From: Propionibacteriales bacterium
GTDB taxonomy: Bacteria; Actinomycetota; Actinomycetes; Propionibacteriales; Propionibacteriaceae
Length of the DNA stretch: 30,095 nt
NCBI GenBank assembly: GCA_017882655.1
Contig: JADGPB010000001.1
Coordinates: 1 to 30,095, forward strand
Reading direction: 5' to 3'
Part shown: positions 1 to 10,800 of the stretch, one piece after another
How the letters are laid out: every line of letters begins with the position of its first letter
How positions within the stretch are numbered: position 1 is the first letter of the stretch
Notes under the pieces: generated by a model
Seen by the model: only the letters and a program-made list of their open reading frames with translations
Told to the model about the DNA's origin: nothing
Databases searched by the model: none
Program-made: the position numbers and the translations under genes

Positions 1-2
1 CC

Positions 3-44
3 CGGCCGGGCTACGTGGACGACGACCTCGCCCCACACCACTGA
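3..44 (+). CDS. 3' end of an unknown gene truncated by the window start (…RPGYVDDDLAPHH*)
   Basis: Frame 3 reads with G/C-ending codons to a TGA at 42-44, convergent with cysK. Too short to identify. Confidence 0.3.
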   Translation, partial: RPGYVDDDLAPHH

Positions 45-110
45 CCCCTCGGCGAGAGCACCTGTACCCCTCGGCGAGAGCACCTGTACCCCTCGGCGAG
101 AGCACCTGTA
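45..110. repeat. Three exact tandem copies of the 22-bp unit CCCCTCGGCGAGAGCACCTGTA
   Basis: Read directly at 45-66, 67-88 and 89-110, with no spacers. Each unit contains the interrupted palindrome CTCG-G-CGAG. Lies between convergent stop codons. Confidence 0.95.
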
Positions 111-114
111 TCGG

Positions 115-1047
115 TCAGTCGACCAAACCCTCGAACAGCACGGTCGACAGGTAGCGCTCGCCGAAGTCGCAGGTTATCGCGACGATCGTCTTGCCGGCGT
201 TCTCGGGACGTTTCGCCAGGTCGAGCGCCGCCTTGAGTATCGCGCCCGACGAGATGCCGGCGAGGATGCCCTCCTTCGTCGCCATGTCCCTCGCTACCGC
301 GACCGACTCGTCGATACTGACGGTGATGACCTCGTCGTAGACGCTGCGGTCGAGGACCTCCGGGATGAAGTTCGCGCCCATGCCCTGGATCTTGTGCGGG
401 CCGGGCTTGCCACCGGAAAGGATCGGCGACTCGGTCGGCTCGACCGCGACGACCTTGATCTCCGGGTTCTGCTCCTTGAGGTACTGGCCGGCGCCGGAAA
501 TCGTGCCGCCCGTGCCGATGCCGGAGACGAAGATGTCGACCTTGCCGTCGGTCGCCTGCCAGATCTCAGGACCCGTCGTCTCGTAGTGGATCTTGGGGTT
601 GGCCGGGTTGGCGAACTGCCGCGCGAGGATCGCCCCGGGACGCTCCCCCGCGATCGCCTCGGATCTCTCCACTGCGCCGCGCATGCCCTCGGATGCCGGC
701 GTCAGGATGAGCTCCGCCCCGAACGCCCGGAGCAGCGCCCGGCGTTCCTTCGACATCGACTCCGGCATGGCGAGCACGAGCTTGTAGCCGCGCGCCGCAG
801 CGACCATCGCCAGCGCGATGCCGGTGTTTCCGCTTGTCGCCTCGACGATCGTGCCGCCCGGCTTGAGGCTGCCGTCGGCCTCTGCCGCGTCGATGATCGC
901 CGCGCCGATGCGGTCCTTCACCGAGTTCGCGGGGTTGTAGAACTCGAGCTTGACCGCCACCGTGGCGTCGATACCTTCCGCCATGCGGTTGATCCGCACC
1001 AACGGGGTGTTGCCGATGGCTTCGGTGATGTTGCTGAGAATGGGCAT
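115..1047 (-). CDS. cysK: Cysteine synthase A (O-acetylserine sulfhydrylase, PLP-dependent)
   Basis: Motifs [16 protein letters not shown] (PLP lysine), [15 protein letters not shown] and [12 protein letters not shown] at 1047 is preceded by a GGAGG RBS, so it is preferred over the TTG at 1059. Confidence 0.96.
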   Translation of the reverse strand: MPILSNITEAIGNTPLVRINRMAEGIDATVAVKLEFYNPANSVKDRIGAAIIDAAEADGSLKPGGTIVEATSGNTGIALAMVAAARGYKLVLAMPESMSKERRALLRAFGAELILTPASEGMRGAVERSEAIAGERPGAILARQFANPANPKIHYETTGPEIWQATDGKVDIFVSGIGTGGTISGAGQYLKEQNPEIKVVAVEPTESPILSGGKPGPHKIQGMGANFIPEVLDRSVYDEVITVSIDESVAVARDMATKEGILAGISSGAILKAALDLAKRPENAGKTIVAITCDFGERYLSTVLFEGLVD

Positions 1048-1131
1048 CGAGACCTCCAAGAGAGTGACCGATCAGGTTCGCAGGCTAGCCGAGCGATGCG
1101 GCTTTCTCCATGGGTCGTACGAGCCTTGTGG

Positions 1132-4100
1132 TCAGCCAGGCTCGAAGAGCCCTCGGATGTCGTCGGCGGTGAGTGGGGCACCGAGGCCGGCGGCGTCGCC
1201 GACGACGGAGTCGAACAGGTGGCGCTTGCGCTCCTGGAGGGCGACGACCTTCTCCTCGATCGTGTCCTCGCTGACGAGCCGATAGACCATCACCGTGTTC
1301 TCCTGACCGATGCGGTGCGCACGGTCGATCGCCTGGTTCTCGACAGCCGGGTTCCACCACGGGTCGAGCACGAACACGTAGTCAGCCTCCGTGAGGTTCA
1401 GCCCGAAGCCACCTGCCTTGAGGCTGATGAGGAACACCGGGTCGGTACCCGTCTTGAAGGAGTTGATCCGCTGCTCGCGGTTGCGTGTGCGCCCGTCGAG
1501 GTAGACGTACGAGATCCGCTCCGCGTCCAGACGCGTCTTCACCAGCGCAAGGAAGCTCGTGAACTGGCTGAAGACGAGAGCGCGGTGACCCTCCGCGATC
1601 ATGTCACCGAGCATCTCGACCAATGCGTCGATCTTCGCCGACACCGGCGGCTGGCCGGCCTCCACCAGCGCCGGTGACAGGCTCAGCTGCCGCAACCTCG
1701 TCAGAGACGCCAGTACCGTGATCCGGTTCCTGTCGAGGTCGCCGACGAGACCGAGCACCTGCTTGCGTACGGCGGCCAGGTGCCTGTCGTACAGTCGGCG
1801 ATGTCCCGCTGACAAGGGGATCGACAGCACCTGCTCCTGCTTGGGCGGCAGCTCGGCGGCCACCTCCTCCTTCGTGCGGCGCAACAGCACTGGCCGCACC
1901 CGTCGCCGCAACCGCGCCAGCACATCCGGGGCGCTGTCGGTCTCGATGGGCTGGCGGTACGTCTCAGTGAACGCATCGGGGCTGGGGAACAGGCCGGGCG
2001 TCGCGATCGACAGCATCGACCACAGGTCCATGAGGTTGTTCTCCATCGGCGTGCCGGTGACGGCGAACTTCACGCGAGCACGCAGCCGCCGAGCCGCCTT
2101 GTAGGTCGCCGCCTGCCGGTTCTTGACGAACTGCGCCTCGTCGAAGATCACGGCGCCCCAGGGGGCCGCCCCGTACTCCTCCTCGTCGAGACGCAGGAGC
2201 GTGTACGAGGTGACGATGATGTCCGCCCGTGCCCTCAGCTCCGTCAGCGGCTCGGCGCGCTTCGCGCTGGTCCGCTCCACGACCTCCAGCCGCAGGCCGG
2301 GCGCGAACATCCGCGCCTGGTCCGCCCACGTCGGACCGACCGACGTCGGAGCGACGACCAGAACGGGCGGGCTGTCCGGCTCGTCGGCCCGGACGCGCAG
2401 GATCGCCGCGAGCAGCTGCACCGTCTTGCCGAGCCCCATGTCGTCGGCGAGGATCCCACCGACTCGGGTCTGCCACAGGAAGGTCAACCAGCGGTAGCCG
2501 ACCAGCTGGTACGGACGGAGCGTGGCGGTCAGTCCGTCCGGCACGGGGACCTCGGGCACGGACGTGACGTCCAGCAGCCCGGACACAGCCTGCCGCCACG
2601 ACGACGACTGCTCGGCCACCACACCGAGCGCCATGAGGTCTTCCCACAGCCCCGCGTGCTCGGCGCGCAGCCGGAGCCCGGATTCGCCCCCGGCCAGGAG
2701 CGTCGCCTCCGCGATCACAGCGCGCAGCTGCTCCAGCTCGGGCCGGTCGAGGCTGAACCAGGTCCCTCCGGCCAGTACGAGGTGTGTCTCGCCCCTGGCC
2801 AACGCCGCGAACAGCTCCGCGAAGTCGACCTCCTCGCCGTCGATGGACACCTGGACGTCGAGGCTGAACCAGTCACCCGCGCCGTCGCGCGGGTCGGTCA
2901 CGGCGAGCGTCACGGTCGGCGCCGCCTCGCTGAACCGATAGTCGGGCCGCTCGCCGAACTTCCTCACCTCCACCCGGTCCGACGCCTCCAGCACCGGGAG
3001 CCAGGTCGTTACGAACACCGCCGACGCTGTTCCGGTCAGACGCGCATGAGGTACGAGACGTGCCGGGCCGGGGGCCGCCTCGACCACCGCCCACGGCTGC
3101 CGCGGCAGGAGCCCGACCAGCTCTGCCTCTGCTTCTCCGTCCCGCACCGCAGAGGCGTCCGACTCGGCACCGACGTCGATCACCTCGTCGCCGATGCGGT
3201 AGCGGAAACCCCACGTGAGGTCGGTGGTGTGCCCTGGTTCGTACCTCACCTCGAGAGTCACGACCGGCGGGTGGATCTCCGGCACGTACACGTCGTCGTC
3301 GACGAGCACCCGTACCGTCCGCCGGAGGGGCGGCAGGAACACTGCCAAGAACTGGGTGGCGTCCGCGGCCGGGATGTCGATCCGCTGGTTCCTCGTGGCC
3401 AACCGCTCCTGCGACGGCGAGAGCGGCTCGGCGAAGGCCCCGAGAAGGAGCTCGCCGTCGGACTGCAGGATGACGCCGTGCGCAGGCCCACCGACCAAGG
3501 TCACGTCCCGGCGTTCCCAGTCCCGCCCGTCAGCCCGGACACCAGAGTGCAGCTCGAGGCCATCCGCTGCGGCCGCGACACGAGCCACGACCTCGATCGG
3601 ATCGTCGAGTATCCGTACCGGCGGCGTGTCACGCCCGGGAACGATCTCGACTCCCGAGTCGACGACCCGTCTCAGGGCCGACCACAGGTGCGGGCCGAAG
3701 GTCGCCAACGCGGCCGGCTGGTTCCCGTACCCGTAGAAGTTGCCGGTCGAGAAGCGCAATCGGCCCAGGCTGTCGAGGCTGTGCCGTTGCCTGTCATCCC
3801 ATCCGGACCTCCAGGGTTCGCGCACGTCGTCCCAGGATGCGCCGGTCTTCACCCACTTGCCTCGCGCGCCACGTTGCACCGGAAGCAGCGAGAGCGCCCC
3901 GTAGTGGTCGACGACCAGCAGCCCCAGCGGGGTCAGCTCCGCTCTCGAGCGCCGAGCCGGGGACGTCAGCTCCTCCATCTCTCGACGCCACGTCGGCGCG
4001 GCGGTCCGACGCTTCGCGTTCGCTGCGAGAGCGACAGCGGCGCCGTGCTTGCAGTTGACCCGGACAGGGCAGGTGCATCTGCTCGTCACCCCTCCGCCCG

Positions 4101-4332
4101 GCCGGATCGTCACGACCGTCTCGTACCTGCGCTTGTGCGAACCCAACACCGCGGCCTGCACCACCGTCGCCTCGCCGGAGGACGCCACCATGAGCGCCTC
4201 AACCCGGCCCTGGCTCAGATACGTCTCCCCTGCGACAACGGTCACGTGACCGAACGTCACCGACAGGAGCGCGGGGGTGACCGCCAGCACGGGATCGATG
4301 GGTTGGGTCACACCTGCGACCCTATGCGCCAT
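1132..4332 (-). CDS. SWIM zinc finger + SNF2-family (DEAD/DEAH-like) helicase/ATPase
   Basis: N-terminal [11 protein letters not shown] (SWIM CxCx4CxH); [17 protein letters not shown] (Walker A), DEAQ (Walker B), [40 protein letters not shown]. Start may be GTG at 4311. Confidence 0.93.
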   Translation of the reverse strand: MAHRVAGVTQPIDPVLAVTPALLSVTFGHVTVVAGETYLSQGRVEALMVASSGEATVVQAAVLGSHKRRYETVVTIRPGGGVTSRCTCPVRVNCKHGAAVALAANAKRRTAAPTWRREMEELTSPARRSRAELTPLGLLVVDHYGALSLLPVQRGARGKWVKTGASWDDVREPWRSGWDDRQRHSLDSLGRLRFSTGNFYGYGNQPAALATFGPHLWSALRRVVDSGVEIVPGRDTPPVRILDDPIEVVARVAAAADGLELHSGVRADGRDWERRDVTLVGGPAHGVILQSDGELLLGAFAEPLSPSQERLATRNQRIDIPAADATQFLAVFLPPLRRTVRVLVDDDVYVPEIHPPVVTLEVRYEPGHTTDLTWGFRYRIGDEVIDVGAESDASAVRDGEAEAELVGLLPRQPWAVVEAAPGPARLVPHARLTGTASAVFVTTWLPVLEASDRVEVRKFGERPDYRFSEAAPTVTLAVTDPRDGAGDWFSLDVQVSIDGEEVDFAELFAALARGETHLVLAGGTWFSLDRPELEQLRAVIAEATLLAGGESGLRLRAEHAGLWEDLMALGVVAEQSSSWRQAVSGLLDVTSVPEVPVPDGLTATLRPYQLVGYRWLTFLWQTRVGGILADDMGLGKTVQLLAAILRVRADEPDSPPVLVVAPTSVGPTWADQARMFAPGLRLEVVERTSAKRAEPLTELRARADIIVTSYTLLRLDEEEYGAAPWGAVIFDEAQFVKNRQAATYKAARRLRARVKFAVTGTPMENNLMDLWSMLSIATPGLFPSPDAFTETYRQPIETDSAPDVLARLRRRVRPVLLRRTKEEVAAELPPKQEQVLSIPLSAGHRRLYDRHLAAVRKQVLGLVGDLDRNRITVLASLTRLRQLSLSPALVEAGQPPVSAKIDALVEMLGDMIAEGHRALVFSQFTSFLALVKTRLDAERISYVYLDGRTRNREQRINSFKTGTDPVFLISLKAGGFGLNLTEADYVFVLDPWWNPAVENQAIDRAHRIGQENTVMVYRLVSEDTIEEKVVALQERKRHLFDSVVGDAAGLGAPLTADDIRGLFEPG

Positions 4333-4951
4333 ACGGCAGGGACGACTCCACGGCCACTGTTCCCACCGTGTCGACGACTGCCGCGCCCTGGGTGAGCGAC
4401 GCCACCAGCCCCAGTACGTCCTGCCCCCGGTCTGCCGTGATGAGCAGGGACGCGTCAGCGCCGTACTCGGGCTCGACCGTCAGCCCGCGCGCGGTCAAGT
4501 CGTTGATGAGGCGGCCGACGTCGGCGTACGAGACGTGGGCGCGCCACCGCGGACGCAGGACGCGCTCGACGCGGGGCGCCTGCGCGAGGGCGGCACCGGC
4601 CGCATCGCCGTACGCCCGTGCCAGCGGTCCGGCACCCAGCTTCACGCCACCGAACCAGCGGGTCACGACGCAGACGACGTCGACCAGACCGGAGCCGTGC
4701 ACGGCGGCGAGGATCGGCATCCCGCCCGTACCTGCCGGCTCGCCGTCGTCCGACGAGCGCTCGATCGGCTGAGCATCGGCCACATCGAGGACGAACGCCG
4801 AGCAGTGGTGGCGCGCGCCGGCGTGGGCCTTGCGGGCTGCGGCGATGACGGTACGGGCCGCTTCCTCGTCATCGACCCGCGCGATCTCGGCACGGAACAC
4901 CGAGCGCTTGATCTCCAGAGTCGCGAATCCCTCGTAGCCACGCGGGAGCAT
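4322..4951 (-). CDS. yigZ: YigZ / IMPACT family protein
   Basis: EIKRSVF, ARHHCSAF, SSDDGEPAGTGG, VVTRWFGGVKLGAGPLARAY are the IMPACT/YigZ signatures. Alternative start GTG at 4966. Confidence 0.9.
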   Translation of the reverse strand: MLPRGYEGFATLEIKRSVFRAEIARVDDEEAARTVIAAARKAHAGARHHCSAFVLDVADAQPIERSSDDGEPAGTGGMPILAAVHGSGLVDVVCVVTRWFGGVKLGAGPLARAYGDAAGAALAQAPRVERVLRPRWRAHVSYADVGRLINDLTARGLTVEPEYGADASLLITADRGQDVLGLVASLTQGAAVVDTVGTVAVESSLPYGA

Positions 4952-4978
4952 CAGCACCGCGCCCACCCCATGAGGAGA

Positions 4979-6532
4979 TCAGCCCGAGGCGGCACGCCGC
5001 GCCTGCCGCCGGCTCTGGACGTACCACCAGACGATGGCCACGAGCACCAGGGCCTGGGCGATGACGCACGCGGTGTCCCGGATGCGGGCGCCGATCAGGC
5101 CGATCACCGGTCCGTACTCGATCGCACGAGCGGTGACGAACGCGGCCGACAGCCACGTGGTACGCCACAGCATCAGGCCGTCGAGCCTGCTGGCCGCGGC
5201 GATGGCCAACGGCGTCCAGGCCATGAGGTCGTACCAGCTGAACGAGTTCGGTGTGGTGACAAGCCACGACGCGTACAGCACCACGGCCGTACGGACGGCC
5301 ACCGAGGTCGGATCCTTCATCGGGTCGAGCACGTGGTCGGCGATACCGGGCAGCGGCCGGACCTCCAGCAGCCGGAACAGCATCGCCGCCACGACGCCCC
5401 AGGCGACGATCGCGATGCTGTTGATGATGATCTTGGAGATGTTCCAGCTCAGCCCCTGGTGGGTCAGCAGCCCGAACACCGGGCCGGCCCAGGCGCCCGC
5501 GTTCACGTACGTGGTGTTGCGTGCCGCCGAGATCAACGCCGCCGGCTGCCAGAGTCCGTAGCAGATGGCCAGCGGCACGGCGGCTGCGCCGACGATCACG
5601 GCCAGCTTCTTGGGCTCCCGCCGGTAAGCCCACAGGATCGCGAGCCCGAACAGCACCATGTTCACCTTGGTGGCGCCGGCGAGCCCGATCAGCAGGCCTG
5701 CCAGCCAGGGCCGGCGACGCATCGCTGCGATCGCCGCGAACGCGAACATCACGGCGAACGCCTCGTTGTGCGCCTGCGCGGTGACCGCCCACAGCATCGC
5801 CGGGTTGACGAGGGTGAAGATCGCCACCCTCGACTGGAGCAGCGAGTTCCCCGCCGCCATGCGATAGGCCATGATCCCGATGAGCAGCATCGGCACGAGG
5901 CACATCATCTGCAGCCAGAACACGACATCGTGCATGGACGTACCGCCGAGCTGGTTCGCGAGCATCTGGCTCGCTGACACGATCGGCCCGTACACGCTCG
6001 GTGTGTCCTGCCACGGGTGCTCGGTCCAGCGCAGCACCGTGTCGAACTGGGTGCGGAAGATCTCGCCGACCGTGATCTCGTACGGGTCGCGGCCGAGCAC
6101 CTGCAAGCGACCGTACGCGGCGTACATCATGACGTCTGCGCTCGTCATCGGTGTGACGAGCGAGACCGAGACCTGCAGCGCGATCCCTAGCCAGAGCAGC
6201 TTCTTCGGCACCGGACGCCACCCCGCGGCGAGTGCCCGGATGAGTATCCACATCCCCACCGCGCCCAACATGATGCAGAGGTAGGTCCCCATCACTGCGG
6301 TCCAGTCGCCGAGCGCGATGTTCCAGGTGGACGGGATGTACCAGGGGGGCAGCAGGCTGCCGTACCTCGGTCCCAGCGACAGCGTCACCGCCGACGGCCC
6401 GAAGAACGAGACGCAGAGGATGCCGAGCGTGGAGCCGATGATCAGGGCGAGCCCGACGACGGGACGGCTGAGCCACGAGCTCGGTTCGTACTGTCGGGAC
6501 GGCTTCCACCGCCGGGGTTGGAGGCGGTTCAT
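4979..6532 (-). CDS. Polytopic GT-C glycosyltransferase, MptA/MptB-like (polyprenol-phosphomannose-dependent alpha-mannosyltransferase family)
   Basis: Many hydrophobic segments; SADVMMYAAYG (DxxxY loop), GRDPY, WQDTPSVYGP, AHNE and K in GATKVN match the MptA/MptB pattern. Donor and acceptor cannot be established from sequence. Confidence 0.78.
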   Translation of the reverse strand: MNRLQPRRWKPSRQYEPSSWLSRPVVGLALIIGSTLGILCVSFFGPSAVTLSLGPRYGSLLPPWYIPSTWNIALGDWTAVMGTYLCIMLGAVGMWILIRALAAGWRPVPKKLLWLGIALQVSVSLVTPMTSADVMMYAAYGRLQVLGRDPYEITVGEIFRTQFDTVLRWTEHPWQDTPSVYGPIVSASQMLANQLGGTSMHDVVFWLQMMCLVPMLLIGIMAYRMAAGNSLLQSRVAIFTLVNPAMLWAVTAQAHNEAFAVMFAFAAIAAMRRRPWLAGLLIGLAGATKVNMVLFGLAILWAYRREPKKLAVIVGAAAVPLAICYGLWQPAALISAARNTTYVNAGAWAGPVFGLLTHQGLSWNISKIIINSIAIVAWGVVAAMLFRLLEVRPLPGIADHVLDPMKDPTSVAVRTAVVLYASWLVTTPNSFSWYDLMAWTPLAIAAASRLDGLMLWRTTWLSAAFVTARAIEYGPVIGLIGARIRDTACVIAQALVLVAIVWWYVQSRRQARRAASG

Positions 6533-7899
6533 GGCTCGTCCGACCTGGCCGGCGCGTACTTGCGGCGACGCATCGGCGAGAGAGCCTCGCGTACGAGCAC
6601 GGCGCCGGCCAGCAGCGTCAGCACCCCCAGCGTCACCCCCACGGCGACGATCATCGGCACGGTGTCACGACCGGCGGGGATCTCGAGCGGCCCTGCAGAG
6701 GGAGTGGAGGTCGGCGTCGCGCTCACCGTAGCCGACTGCGGGAACGGCCCGAAGACGGCGCGCGCCGGGTCGACCACGCCGTAGCCGAGCTGGGCGTCCG
6801 GCACGGCACCGGGCGGCGGGTCGGCGGTCAGCTCGAGGCGACGCGTGACCTCGGCCGGCGTGAGGCTCGCACCCTCGGCCTTCGCCTTCTGCAGCATCAG
6901 CGCGACGACGCCGGTCACGATCGGCGCCGCGAAGCTCGTACCAGGCTCGGTGTTCCAGACCTGCGACGTCTTGAGGAAGGTCTCTGTGCTCATCGTCCGG
7001 CCCTCGGGGGCGGATGGCAGCAGCGCGACGATGGCATCTCCCGGGGCCGCGACGGTGACGTTGACGCCGACACCCTCCTCGGACGAGGGGTGCGGCGCGT
7101 CGGACGTCGTGGTCATGCCGACCGAGATCACCCCGGGGTACGACGCCGGGTAGCGGGGACCGTGGTCCCCCGCGTTGCCGGACGATGCAACCACGACGAT
7201 GCCGTGCGCGACCGCGTTGGCTACGGCATCCCGTACGGCCGTGTCGTCGGATCCCGCCTGGCTGATGTTGATGATGTCGACGCCGGTTGTTGCCACCGCG
7301 TCGTTGATCGCCGCGGCGAGCGGTGCCTGGTCCTCCACGTCCGTGTCGCTCTTCAGCGCCCGCATCACGATCACCGAGGACCCTGGCGCCATGCCGGAGA
7401 AGTTGGAGTCGTCCTCGTCGAGCGCCTGCGCGTTGATGAGCGACACGACCCGCGTGCCATGGGCGCAGTTGAGCCCGTACCCACCACTGTCCACGTTCCG
7501 ACCGATCTCGGCTTTGTCGCTGCCGACGTAGTCGACGAGCTTCCAGGTCGGCTTGACGCCGGGCGTGGTGGGCGACGCCCGCAGGAACGGCGAGATGCCG
7601 ATCTGGGCTGCCGTGTCGATCACGGCGATCGTGATGCCGGTACCGGTGATGGGCCGTCCCTTGGCATCGTTCTGCGCCCAGACCTGGTCAGGCTTGAGCC
7701 GGCTGATGTGCCAGGCGTCGGTGAGCTTGCCGGTCACCTGGCCCGCCTGGGTCGTCGGGTAGCACCACTCCGGACGGAGTTCACTTCCCAGCGCGTACGC
7801 GGCCGCCGGTCTCAGCACGCTCACGGCCATGACGATCGCGGCGGCGAGAACGCTGACCGCCACGCGACGTACGGGTGAGGTTCGTGGCATGCGCATCAC
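6529..7899 (-). CDS. mycP: Mycosin-like S8 subtilisin protease of the T7SS
   Basis: N-terminal signal peptide; triad AVIDT (D), AHGT (H), GTSFAAP (S); oxyanion ASSGN; LGYGVVDP; Pro/Thr linker, C-terminal TM helix and basic tail. Overlaps the eccC stop (GTGATG at 7894-7899). Confidence 0.9.
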   Translation of the reverse strand: MMRMPRTSPVRRVAVSVLAAAIVMAVSVLRPAAAYALGSELRPEWCYPTTQAGQVTGKLTDAWHISRLKPDQVWAQNDAKGRPITGTGITIAVIDTAAQIGISPFLRASPTTPGVKPTWKLVDYVGSDKAEIGRNVDSGGYGLNCAHGTRVVSLINAQALDEDDSNFSGMAPGSSVIVMRALKSDTDVEDQAPLAAAINDAVATTGVDIINISQAGSDDTAVRDAVANAVAHGIVVVASSGNAGDHGPRYPASYPGVISVGMTTTSDAPHPSSEEGVGVNVTVAAPGDAIVALLPSAPEGRTMSTETFLKTSQVWNTEPGTSFAAPIVTGVVALMLQKAKAEGASLTPAEVTRRLELTADPPPGAVPDAQLGYGVVDPARAVFGPFPQSATVSATPTSTPSAGPLEIPAGRDTVPMIVAVGVTLGVLTLLAGAVLVREALSPMRRRKYAPARSDEP

Positions 7900-10800
7900 T
7901 GCTGGGCCGGGAGGTTGGCCACCTGGACGAGGACGGAGCCCGCGCGGCTGACGAGTGTGCCGCGGCCCGGAGGTAGTGCCGTCGGCCGCGTGTTGCCCCA
8001 GAGGATGCCTTCGTCCTTCGAGCCGCTCATGATGAGCGCCGGGTTCACGGCGTCCTTGATCCTGCCGATCACCTGGTCCATGACCGCGCGGCCGGCGCCG
8101 CCCATGCCGCGGCTGATGATCAGGTGCAGGCCGATGTCACTGGCCTGGGTGATGAACTCCTGCAGCGGCTGCAAAGCGTTGGCCATGGAGGTGGAGACGA
8201 GCTCGTAGTCGTCCACGACCACGAAGACCTCGGAGCCCTTCCACCACGACTTGTCGCGCAGCTGCTGGCTGGTGACGTCGGGTCCGGGCAGGCGCGCTGA
8301 GAGCGCGGGCGCCACGTCCTTGCACGCCTGGATGCCGGACTGCTGGCTCGGTGCGTACCGGATGATGTACTCGTCGGGGATGAAACCCAACAGCGAGCGC
8401 CGGTAGTCGAGGACGAGGAACTTCGCCTCCTTCGGCGTGTAGCGCTTCAGCAGCCCGTCGATGATGACCCGCAGCGTCGTCGACTTGCCGCACTCCGGAC
8501 CGCCGAAGATCATGAGGTGCGGCTCGGCCTTCGGGTCGTACGTGACGGGCGCGAGGTCGATCTCGTCAATGGCCCACGGCACGGTTTTGCGCAGCGGGTC
8601 GTACGTGACGGGCGGGAGCGCGGTGAGCGGCAGGTCGGCGGGCAGCATCCGGACCTCGGCGGCACGCGGGCCCTGCCAGGCGGCCCTCAGCCGGGCGGTC
8701 AGCTGGCGCTGTCCGTCGGAGGCCGAGTCGGCGTCCTCGACGCCGTCGATCCGCGGCAGGCCGACGAGCATGTGGAGGCCGTCGCTGGACAGGCCGCGTC
8801 CGGGACGACTGGCCGGTACGACGGCGGCGAGCTTGCGGTTGATCTCGGACTCGAACGGGTCGCCGAGCTTCAGCTCGACCCGGCTCTGCAACAGGTCGCG
8901 GATGCCGAGCCGGAACTCGGACCACTTGTTCGCGCTAGCCATGACGTGGATGCCGTAGCCGAGGCCACGTGCCGCGAGGTTCGTGATGACCGGGTCCTGG
9001 GCCTCGAACTCGCCCCGCAGCGTCATCCAGCCGTCGACGACGAGGAAGACATCGGTCGGGAAGCGGTCGGGGGGGATGCTGCCGTCGCGCCGGCCGCGGC
9101 GGTAGCTGACGATGCCGTCGATGCCCGCCTCGGCGAAGAGCACCTCGCGGGACTGCAGCAGCGAGGTCATCTCGGCGATGGTGCGGCGTACGCGGTCGAC
9201 GTCCAGCCGGCCGCACGCCGAGCCGACGTGCGGGAAGTCGCGCATGCTCGTGAGTGAGCCGCCGCCGAAGTCGAGGACGTAGAAGCCGATCTCCGCGGGC
9301 GTGTGGGTCAGGGCGAGGCCGGCGATCGTCGCGCGGAGCGCCATGGACTTGCCGGACTGCGGGCCGCCGACGACGGCGAGGTTGCCGCCAGCGCCGGAGT
9401 AGTCCAGCCACATCGGGTCGCGCCGCTGCTGCCGCGGCCGGTCGATGAGGGCGACGGGGCCCGACAGGGTGCCGCGGAACCTGGGGTCCGGCACGGTGAG
9501 CCCGCGGCCCGGGATCTCGACGAGCTGGCCGCCGAGCAGGCCGTCCATCGTCGGCGGGTAGTCGAGCGGTGGCAGCCACACCTTGTGCGCCGGCCAGCCG
9601 TGCCCCTTGAGTCGCCCCACGGCGATGCCGAGCAACGTGTCGTCCTCGTCGTCGGCGGGTTCGGGGACGTGAACGACCAAGTCAACGGGGGTTTCAGCCT
9701 GCGGACGGATCGGTTCGGGCTCAGGGTCGGGCGGTCGTACGACCGGTACGTATCCCGCGTCGAACTCGAGCACGGGCGGCGCCCACGCCTTCTTGCCCAG
9801 GCCACCGATCACACCGCCTGCGTCGTCGGCGTCGACCTCGACGGGCGCGCTGCTGCCGTGCCACGGCCCCGACACGTACGCAGCCTTGAACCGCACCATG
9901 TTCGTGGTGTCGAACTTCAGGTAGGCGTTGCCGGGCGGGCTCGGTAGCTCGTACGCGTCCGGCACGCCGATGACCACGCGCGACTCGGCCGGCGAGAACG
10001 TACGGAGAGCAACGCGGTACGACAGGTACGTGTCCAGGCCACGCAGCTTGCTCTCCTCGAGCCGCTGCGACGCCAGCAACAGGTGAACGCCGATCGAGCG
10101 TCCGATCCGGCCGATCTGGATGAACAGGTCGATGAACTCGGGACGTGCGGTAAGCAGCTCGGAGAACTCGTCGACGACGATGAACAGGCTGGGCATCGGC
10201 GGGATGTCGGCGCCGTCGGTCCGCGCGGCCTCGTACTCCTCGCGGTTCTTGATGTCCTTGTTCTTGAGCAACGCGTTGGTCGCGCCGAGCACCTCCATGC
10301 GGCGCTCCATCTCGCCCGCGATCGCGTCCTGCATGCGGTCGACAAGCGTGAGCTCGCCCTCGAGGTTGGTGATGACCGCGGACACGTGCGGCAGTTCGTC
10401 GAGGCCGGCGAACGTCGCGCCGCCCTTGAAGTCGACGAGCACGAAGTTGAGCTGCTCCGAGCTGTGCGTCATCGCCAGGCCGAGCACGAGCGTGCGGAGG
10501 AACTCGGACTTGCCGGAGCCGGTCGCGCCGATGCACAGGCCGTGCGGGCCCATGCCGCCCATCGCGGACTCCTTGATGTCCAGTTCGACAGGGCGGCCGT
10601 CCTCGGTGGCGCCGACAGGGACGCGCAGGCGCTGGTGGAGCGGACGTGGCCGCCAGGCCTGTCGTACGTCCAGGGTCAGCGGGTCGCCGACCCCCAGCAT
10701 CGTGGGGTAGTCCTTCGGCGCCTCGATGACCAGCTCGGGGGCATCCTCGTCCTCGCCGATCGCGAGGACAGGCATGCGGTACGGGCTGAGCTGACGGGCG

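Noticed and set aside
45-110. CRISPR array interpretation of the 22-bp repeats
   Set aside because: The repeats are directly adjacent with no spacers, and there are no cas genes.
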